Part shown: positions 58,154 to 64,000 of the stretch, one piece after another | How positions within the stretch are numbered: the stretch's first letter is position 1 | Layout: each line of letters opens with the position of its first letter | Assembly: GCA_018813065.1 (NCBI GenBank) | Contig: JAHJCH010000171.1 | Span: 871 to 64,870, forward strand | Direction: 5' to 3' | Length of the DNA stretch: 64,000 bases | DNA from: Myxococcota bacterium | GTDB taxonomy: Bacteria > Myxococcota_A > Bradymonadia > UBA7976 > UBA1532 | Position numbers and translations under genes: made by a program | Notes under the pieces: model-generated | The model's database searches: none | Seen by the model: only the letters and a program-made list of their open reading frames with translations | What the model was told of the DNA's origin: nothing

Positions 58154-58963
58154 ATGCGCCGCCTCAACGCTTGCTTAACGCTCCTCCTCCTCGCGCCGAT
58201 CGCCGCGCTCAGCGCGCCGACCTCCGCGCCGACCTCCGCGCCGACCTCCGCGCCAACCAGCGGCCCCTCCAGCGCCGATGTCATCGCCCCTGTCCTCGCC
58301 GCGCTGGCCTGGCGCGACTTCTCGGCGACGATCTCGATGCGCGTCAGCCGCGACGGCAACAAGCTCAAGCAGATCCAGCTCAAGATGCTCGATGATGAGG
58401 AGGGCCAAGCCATGCGCTTAGACTTTGAGCGGCCCACCAAGCTGCGCGGGATGAAGTTCCTCGCCCTGGCGCGGCGCGACGGGATCGACAGCTGGGCCAT
58501 CTACCTGCGGATGCTGCGCCGGGTCATGAACGTCCCCCTCGATGGCAGCAACGTGATGGTCCGCGACATGGTCAACCTTGGCTTCTTCAAGCCCCGCCCT
58601 GAGCTGCTTGAGTTCAGCGACACGGGAGAGCGCGTCACGCTGGAGGGCGGTCAAGGCTGCCGCGTCATCGCCGCGCAGCCCAAAAACGAGGCGGCCCGCC
58701 GCCAGCTCGGCTTTGAGCGCCTGACCCTCTGCGTCGATGAGGCCCACCGGGTCGCCCGCCGCACCTTCTTCGAGGCCCAACGCCCCATCCGCCAGCAGAC
58801 CACCCTGAGCTTCCACGAGGGGCCAGGCGGCCCGCTGCCCAAGCAAATCCGCGCCGTCGATCTCGACAGCGGTGAGATCACCGAGGTGTTCCTCAGCGCC
58901 ATCCAGGTCAACACCAAGCTGCCTCGCCGCCTCTTTAGCCGAAGGGCCATTAGCCGTAAATGA
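58154..58963 (+). CDS. LolA-like outer-membrane lipoprotein-sorting family protein with APTS tandem repeat
   Basis: Signal peptide. (SAPT)x4 encoded by a 12-bp repeat. Overall LolA-like beta fold is inferred only from length/composition. Weak. Confidence 0.4.
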   Translation: MRRLNACLTLLLLAPIAALSAPTSAPTSAPTSAPTSGPSSADVIAPVLAALAWRDFSATISMRVSRDGNKLKQIQLKMLDDEEGQAMRLDFERPTKLRGMKFLALARRDGIDSWAIYLRMLRRVMNVPLDGSNVMVRDMVNLGFFKPRPELLEFSDTGERVTLEGGQGCRVIAAQPKNEAARRQLGFERLTLCVDEAHRVARRTFFEAQRPIRQQTTLSFHEGPGGPLPKQIRAVDLDSGEITEVFLSAIQVNTKLPRRLFSRRAISRK

Positions 58964-60273
58964 GCCGCCTGATCCTCGCCTCGCTGCTGTGGGCGCCCCT
59001 CGCCTATGGGGAGATCGGCCCCAACCTGACGGGCTACCTCAACGTCTATGACTACCTGGATCACAGCGGGCTGATCGCCCCGCTGCTGGATCATCACGAG
59101 GCGGCGGACGCGCTGGTTCAAGATCGCGGGGGCTTTCGCCTCCAGCTGCGGCTCGATGATGAGATCAGCGAAGGGATCGCCTTCGACGTCAGCTTAAACT
59201 TCGAATATGACGCCGTCGTCGCCCAACGCCAGCCCACGGATCGCCCCCAAGACGGCTTTCGCGTCTATCCCAAGGAGGGCTTCATCGATCTGGTGGGCTT
59301 GGGCGGCTTCGACGTGCGCGCGGGGCGTCAATACCTCTTCTGGGGGCGCTTTGAGTGGGGAGGGGTCCTTGATCTGCTCGCCCCTTGGGACTTCAACACC
59401 ATGGGTGCAGAGAAAGAGAACTTTCGATTGGCCGTAGACGCCTTGAATGTGCGCTACACGCTCGATCAACTTAACCTCACGGCCTTGGTCCTGCCTTACT
59501 TTCAGCCCACGCGCATGGCGCTCAAGCTCCCAGAGAAGATCGGGCCGCTCGACGTGATTCAAAATGACGCGCTCTTGCCCAGCGGCGCGGTCCAACATAT
59601 GGAGACGGCGCTGCGGCTTCAGCTTGAGGGCGCGCGCAGCCTCCTGGGGCTGATCTGGTATCGAGGCTATGACCGCATCTTCTCAATGAACACACAGACC
59701 CTCATCGAGCCTGGTCAGTTTACAGGGACGATGATCTTCACCCCGGAGTATCACCCTCTTGAGGTCTTCGGCCTCGAAGGTGAGTGGGTCAGCGGCCCTG
59801 TGGTCTTTAAGATGGAGGCGGGCCTGAACCTCACGGACGATCCTCAAGGTGATGATCTTACGGTGAGCAATCACAACATCGCCTGGATGCTCGGGGCGGA
59901 CTGGGAGATCAACGGGGATCTCTCCCTCAACCTCCAATATGGTCAAACGCACCTGCTCGACTATGACCGACAAGCAGAGTACGAGGCCCGCGCGGCCCTC
60001 GGGGAGCCTGATCCTTATGTTGAGCGCACCGTACAGAGCCGGATCATCACGCGTATTCGCTATATGCTGACAGATCAGCTCAAGCTGCAAATCATGGCGC
60101 TGGTCAACGCGCCGGATACAAACTTGCTTGGGTTAAGCTTCTTCTCTTGGTCACCGCTGCCGGATATCCAGATTTATCTTGGGAGCATTTTGTTCCGAGG
60201 GATAGAAGACACCACGTTTGGCCGCTTAGAAGGACAAAGCCGGCTCTTTTCTGAGCTTAAAGTGCTATTTTAA
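58960..60273 (+). CDS. putative outer-membrane beta-barrel protein (DUF1302-like partner)
   Basis: Signal peptide. C-terminal …LKVLF. Translationally coupled to the LolA-like gene. Confidence 0.35.
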   Translation: MSRLILASLLWAPLAYGEIGPNLTGYLNVYDYLDHSGLIAPLLDHHEAADALVQDRGGFRLQLRLDDEISEGIAFDVSLNFEYDAVVAQRQPTDRPQDGFRVYPKEGFIDLVGLGGFDVRAGRQYLFWGRFEWGGVLDLLAPWDFNTMGAEKENFRLAVDALNVRYTLDQLNLTALVLPYFQPTRMALKLPEKIGPLDVIQNDALLPSGAVQHMETALRLQLEGARSLLGLIWYRGYDRIFSMNTQTLIEPGQFTGTMIFTPEYHPLEVFGLEGEWVSGPVVFKMEAGLNLTDDPQGDDLTVSNHNIAWMLGADWEINGDLSLNLQYGQTHLLDYDRQAEYEARAALGEPDPYVERTVQSRIITRIRYMLTDQLKLQIMALVNAPDTNLLGLSFFSWSPLPDIQIYLGSILFRGIEDTTFGRLEGQSRLFSELKVLF

Positions 60274-60282
60274 GAGGGATTT

Positions 60283-61086
60283 ATGCGCATCATACTGCTA
60301 CTTACGCTTTTATCGCTGGCGAGTTGCACCAGCGATGATATTCAGCAAAAACCACAAGAAACAGGCATAATTCAGCTGACTGTACGCTACGATCAGCCCC
60401 CGCCAGCGGGCGCGATCATCTCAGCGGCGATCTTTGAATGCCCCTTCACCATGCCTCCGCTCGCCACACCGGCCTTTACGCCCACAGCCTTCCCCGCCAC
60501 GGGTGATCTGGAGGGCGTGCCCGTGGGGGACCACTGCCTCTACGTTTACCTCGATGTAGACCCCAACGACGGCCCAGACCCCAAGTTTGACCTTGATCCG
60601 ATCAACGCGCTGCCTGAGGGGGCGATGTCGATCCCCTTCAGCTTGGCCGAGGGGCAGACCTTGCCCCTTGAGGTCGAGCTTTACCTCAAGGGGGGCGGTG
60701 GTCGTGGTCGCGAAGAGGACAGCGGGGTGGCGTCGGACATGGGCGTGGTCGATCCAGCGGCCCCAAGCGTGGAGGTCACGATCGACTGCGCCGCCTGCGA
60801 CAGCGACGCGGACTTGATCTTCTACGGCGCCCCAGGCGCGGTGATCGGGATGCCCAGCTACTACCACGCCTTCTCCCAGCCCACCTTCCCCTTCACGGCC
60901 ACGCTCAGCGGCAGCGCCAACGTGATGGGCGCTGCGGTGGACTGGGCGGAGGGGGAGGCGACCTTTGAGGCGTATCAGGACACAACCCCAGGGGGGATGC
61001 GCGCGGAGGCGGGGGAGCCGCGCTCAGCCCCGGTGACCTTGAGCCTGAAACCGGGGCTCAACGCGGTGCGGTTGACCTTAGAGTAG
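60283..61086 (+). CDS. lipoprotein, unknown function
   Basis: Lipobox LSLASCTSD. 267 aa. Confidence 0.4.
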   Translation: MRIILLLTLLSLASCTSDDIQQKPQETGIIQLTVRYDQPPPAGAIISAAIFECPFTMPPLATPAFTPTAFPATGDLEGVPVGDHCLYVYLDVDPNDGPDPKFDLDPINALPEGAMSIPFSLAEGQTLPLEVELYLKGGGGRGREEDSGVASDMGVVDPAAPSVEVTIDCAACDSDADLIFYGAPGAVIGMPSYYHAFSQPTFPFTATLSGSANVMGAAVDWAEGEATFEAYQDTTPGGMRAEAGEPRSAPVTLSLKPGLNAVRLTLE

Positions 61087-61512
61087 CTCGGAGGCCATCA
61101 AGGCCAGCGCCGTATAGAAGCTCGTCGGTGTCGGCCGCTCGACATAGACCAAGGCCCCTCGCCCAGCCTCGAAGATCACGTCCAGGCCTTGACCGCGCGC
61201 TTGAATCTGAGTTGGCCGCCCCTCCCCGCTCCACAGCAAGATCCCCACGCTGAAGTCCACGTCACGCGGCGGCCGCGCGCCGAAGAGGGCCGTGAAGGCG
61301 GCCGCGTCGCGGAGGATGTGGAGGGATCTCGGCGCGTGTTCGGGGGGGGCGAAGCCCTCGATCTGCCGAAAGGCCAGGGCGCGGGGGGCTTGACCTTCGC
61401 CCATCAGATCAACGCGCACGACGCCCTGCCCTTGGGGGGCCTGAGCGGAGGCGGTGAGGCTGAGGAGGCTGAGGAGGCTGAGGAGGCTGAGGAGGCGAAA
61501 AAGGCGAGGCAT
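61078..61512 (-). CDS. hypothetical secreted protein with (LLS)n signal region
   Basis: Start at MPRLFRLLSLLSLLSLLSLTASA; the signal peptide is built from a 9-bp repeat. 144 aa. Confidence 0.35.
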   Translation of the reverse strand: MPRLFRLLSLLSLLSLLSLTASAQAPQGQGVVRVDLMGEGQAPRALAFRQIEGFAPPEHAPRSLHILRDAAAFTALFGARPPRDVDFSVGILLWSGEGRPTQIQARGQGLDVIFEAGRGALVYVERPTPTSFYTALALMASELL

Positions 61513-61746
61513 CTTAGCAACCCTTGTGCGTGATTCGGCGCGGCCCGTAGGCAAGCACCGCGCCAAGGTCGAAGGACGCCAAGCGGCGCGCCCATACGCT
61601 CGCAAGTGTATAATTATTAAGGATAATTATTTTTCTAAAGGGGGAGTGGCTTGGCGGCTATCTAGCCACCCTCGCGGCCCCTGGTCGAGTGACCACCCCG
61701 CGCTCGACGCGGCGCTGGGCTGAGGGCGAACCACAAAGGCCCAGCC

Positions 61747-63402
61747 TCACTCGTTGCCGTAGGTCAAGGCCTCACGCACCGCGCGCAGCAGCGTTGAGCG
61801 GGTGTAGGGCTTTTGGAGGTAGCAAGCAGGGCCGCCATCGCGCAGGCCCGCTAAGGCCTCCTCGCGGTCATAGCCGCTGGAGAGGATCACGGGCAGCGCG
61901 GGGCGTTGGGCGTGGACTCGCTTAAAGACCTCGATGCCGTTGAGCCCAGGCATGGTCAGATCGGAGATGACCAAGGAGAGCTGATCCTTGAGCTGCTCAA
62001 AGAGGGCCAAGCCCTCAAAGCCGTCTCGGGCGACGTGGATCTCAAAGCCGAGCGGGCGCAGCGCCTTGGACAACACCGTACGCACCACCGGCTCATCGTC
62101 GATGATCAAGGCTGCGCCCTCGCCATGGATCACCGCGGGCTCAGCCTGAGGGTGCGGCGTCATCGTCGGAGCCGCCGCGTCGCTGAGGGGCAGATAGACG
62201 CGCAAGCGGGTGCCCTGCCCCGCCTCGCTCTCCACCACCAAGAAGCCCTGATGACCTCGGACGAAGCCCAAGACCATCGCCAGCCCCAGCCCGCGCCCGG
62301 TGGCCTTGCTGGTGTAGAAGGGATCAAACATCCGCGCGCGCGCTTGAGGCGTCAAGCCGGGGCCTTGATCTTGAACCTCCAGCAAGGCGTAAGAGCCAAG
62401 ATGCCCTTGCGTGCTGGGGTGGCGCGTCTCCAAGCAGGCCTCATCCACCTCCACGCGGCGCGCCCGCAGGGTGACCTGCGCTTGGCCGTGACTGGCCTCC
62501 ACCGCGTTCTTGACGAGGTGAAGCGTGGCCTCATGGAGCTGAGCGAGGTCGAGGTTGACGGGCAGCGGCGCCGCGCTGAGATCCCAGCTCAAGCGCTCAA
62601 GCGGCGCCAGGGCCTGGAGGCGCGGGGCGAGCTGACGCAGCGCGGCGGGGAGGTTGAGGATCTCGCGCTGTAGGCGCGCCCGGCCAGCGTAGGCCAACAT
62701 CTGCGCGGCCAGATCCGCCGCTCGCTGTGCCGCGCTCAAGATCAGCTCAACGTCCTGGCGCAGCTCGGAGCCAGGCGCCAAGCTCTCCATGAGGAGGCTG
62801 GCGTGACCTTGAACGCCGACGAGCAAGTTATTGAAACCATGGGCGATGCCGCCCGCCATCAGGCCCAGGCTCTCCAGCTTATGCGCTTGGTTGAGGCGCG
62901 CTTGTAGGGCCTCGCGCGCCGCGCGCTCCTGCTCCCATACCGTGACATCGGTACAGGTTCCGATAATCCGCGCTCCGGGCGTATCACGCGCCACCATGCG
63001 ACCGCGCCCTAAGATCCAGAGCGTCGAGCCCGACGGGCGGTTGACCCGAAAGACGCTGTGATAGGTGGGCGTCTCACCGCGCACATGGGCCATCAGCTGC
63101 GCCTGCACCCTGTCGATGTCCTCTGGGTGAATGCGGCCAAAGACCTCATCCCCGGAGGGGGACGGGGCCGAGGGTGAAAAGCCAAATAGCTCGGCGCTGC
63201 GCGCACATAAGCGCGTCTCATTCGAGGAGGGCAGCCACTCCCAGATGCCATCAGAGACCGCGTCGAGGGCTAAGCGAAGCTGCGCGTCTGAGGCCAACGG
63301 TTCAAGGCGGGGGGGGTGATAAGGTCGCATCTCGATTGCCCGATCGATGATCTCAAAGCGAAGAACACGCGGCGCAGGGCGAGGCCGCGTGGGCGCCACC
63401 AT
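61747..63402 (-). CDS. hybrid sensor kinase (PAS - HisKA - HATPase - REC)
   Basis: PAS-like N-terminus. H-box IAHGFNNLL. HATPase GRGLGLAMV. C-terminal REC ALIIDDEPVV...LVISDLTMPG. Confidence 0.75.
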   Translation of the reverse strand: MVAPTRPRPAPRVLRFEIIDRAIEMRPYHPPRLEPLASDAQLRLALDAVSDGIWEWLPSSNETRLCARSAELFGFSPSAPSPSGDEVFGRIHPEDIDRVQAQLMAHVRGETPTYHSVFRVNRPSGSTLWILGRGRMVARDTPGARIIGTCTDVTVWEQERAAREALQARLNQAHKLESLGLMAGGIAHGFNNLLVGVQGHASLLMESLAPGSELRQDVELILSAAQRAADLAAQMLAYAGRARLQREILNLPAALRQLAPRLQALAPLERLSWDLSAAPLPVNLDLAQLHEATLHLVKNAVEASHGQAQVTLRARRVEVDEACLETRHPSTQGHLGSYALLEVQDQGPGLTPQARARMFDPFYTSKATGRGLGLAMVLGFVRGHQGFLVVESEAGQGTRLRVYLPLSDAAAPTMTPHPQAEPAVIHGEGAALIIDDEPVVRTVLSKALRPLGFEIHVARDGFEGLALFEQLKDQLSLVISDLTMPGLNGIEVFKRVHAQRPALPVILSSGYDREEALAGLRDGGPACYLQKPYTRSTLLRAVREALTYGNE

Positions 63403-63452
63403 AGCGGAGATTTAAGAGGGAGATAAGGGGAAGCGCTGCGCCGCGCGGGCGG

Positions 63453-63881
63453 CTAGCCTTCGACGTGCAGGGTGTAGTGATTGAGCTTGAGGCCGACGAC
63501 CTTGAGGGTCACCTCGCCGCCGCCTTGGACCTCCACCGCCTCCTCATCCCCCGTGCCATCTGAGCGGCCGATCTCTTGGCCATCGCGGTAGACGAAGAGA
63601 TCAACATCGCCGTCGCGGTGGGTGAAGCGCGCGATGATCTTGTAGGGGCCAGCATCGGGCAGGGTCAGGCTGTAGTGATCGGGCGAGCTGGGGCAGGCGA
63701 CGAGGCCGCCCTCGATGAGAGGCGCGTGGCCCAAGCGGGCGGGGCGATCGGGCGTGTCATTGGGCTCAAAGCCGTCATCGTCCTCACAAGGCGTCGCCTC
63801 GACGTCGCCTTCGCCAGAGAGGGGGAAGCAGACCTCTGCGGTCCGCGCGCTGGCGCCGGAGCCGCCGATGTAGCGATCCAC
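63453..63881 (-). CDS. PPC (pre-peptidase C-terminal)-like domain protein, possibly truncated or frameshifted at 5' end
   Basis: DHYSLTLPDAGPYKII...DGDVDLFVY...LKVVGLKLNHYTLHVEG resembles the PPC beta-sandwich. GTG start. The reading frame is open upstream to an in-frame stop near 63962, and there is no signal peptide. Confidence 0.35.
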   Translation of the reverse strand: MDRYIGGSGASARTAEVCFPLSGEGDVEATPCEDDDGFEPNDTPDRPARLGHAPLIEGGLVACPSSPDHYSLTLPDAGPYKIIARFTHRDGDVDLFVYRDGQEIGRSDGTGDEEAVEVQGGGEVTLKVVGLKLNHYTLHVEG

Positions 63882-64000
63882 CTCGCGCGCCTCGGTGTTG
63901 GGCAGATCCGCGCAGCCGTGGTTGACGCTCTCGGGCTTGGGGAGGCACAGCCCTGGGCTGAGATCACCCGGCGAGGCCGCCGCGCAGAAGGTGCTGGCGT

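Overview
This is a high-GC (about 68-70% GC) bacterial chromosomal segment, probably Myxococcota/deltaproteobacterial. That guess rests on abundant MopE-type Cys/Asp repeats, TPR lipoproteins and many Ser/Thr kinases. Genes are densely packed on both strands.

Main content, 5' to 3':
- A partial nadR-like gene, then an NRPS-like A-T-R reductase with a dioxygenase-like gene and a TDT transporter.
- A cyclase-family gene, a PP2C phosphatase, a LarA-like protein, a TPR lipoprotein and a LolB-like lipoprotein.
- A PHP-like protein carrying a 36-bp coding tandem repeat.
- An archaeal-type GatE/GatD pair, then CreD.
- A 1283-aa lipoprotein built from about 17 MopE-like metal-binding repeats and three PPC-like beta domains.
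- A GT2 glycosyltransferase, followed by a sharply low-GC (about 50%) island at about 21.3-25.3 kb. The island encodes an unknown 595-aa secreted protein, a small lipoprotein and an atypical Ser/Thr kinase, and abuts a second kinase whose 3' tail is also low-GC.
- A housekeeping block: C-S lyase aminotransferase, dapF, CPBP protease, beta-lactamase-family hydrolase, IMPase, rsmG, DedA-like protein, rpoD and a DnaJ-domain protein.
- An AT-rich 0.7-kb intergenic region containing only a tRNA 3'-end-like fragment.
- An SPFH protein and a membrane protein with an HExxH motif.
- A 13.4-kb same-strand [FeFe]-hydrogenase supercluster: rex (with a Rex box), hydC-hydB-hydA, an H-cluster domain fused to a histidine kinase, a REC protein, a REC-HK hybrid, then hydE-hydG-aspA-hydF.
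- A VWA protein, GT2, an outer-membrane beta-barrel protein, a degenerate GGDEF protein, an FHA protein, a LolA-like plus outer-membrane protein pair, and a PAS-HK-REC hybrid.

No CRISPR array, rRNA, complete tRNA, transposase or integrase was recognised.

The most interesting candidate is the apparent H2-sensing phosphorelay embedded in the hydrogenase operon, followed by the low-GC island and the bacterial GatDE pair.

Coordinates for non-ORF features may be off by 1-2 nt because they were counted by eye.
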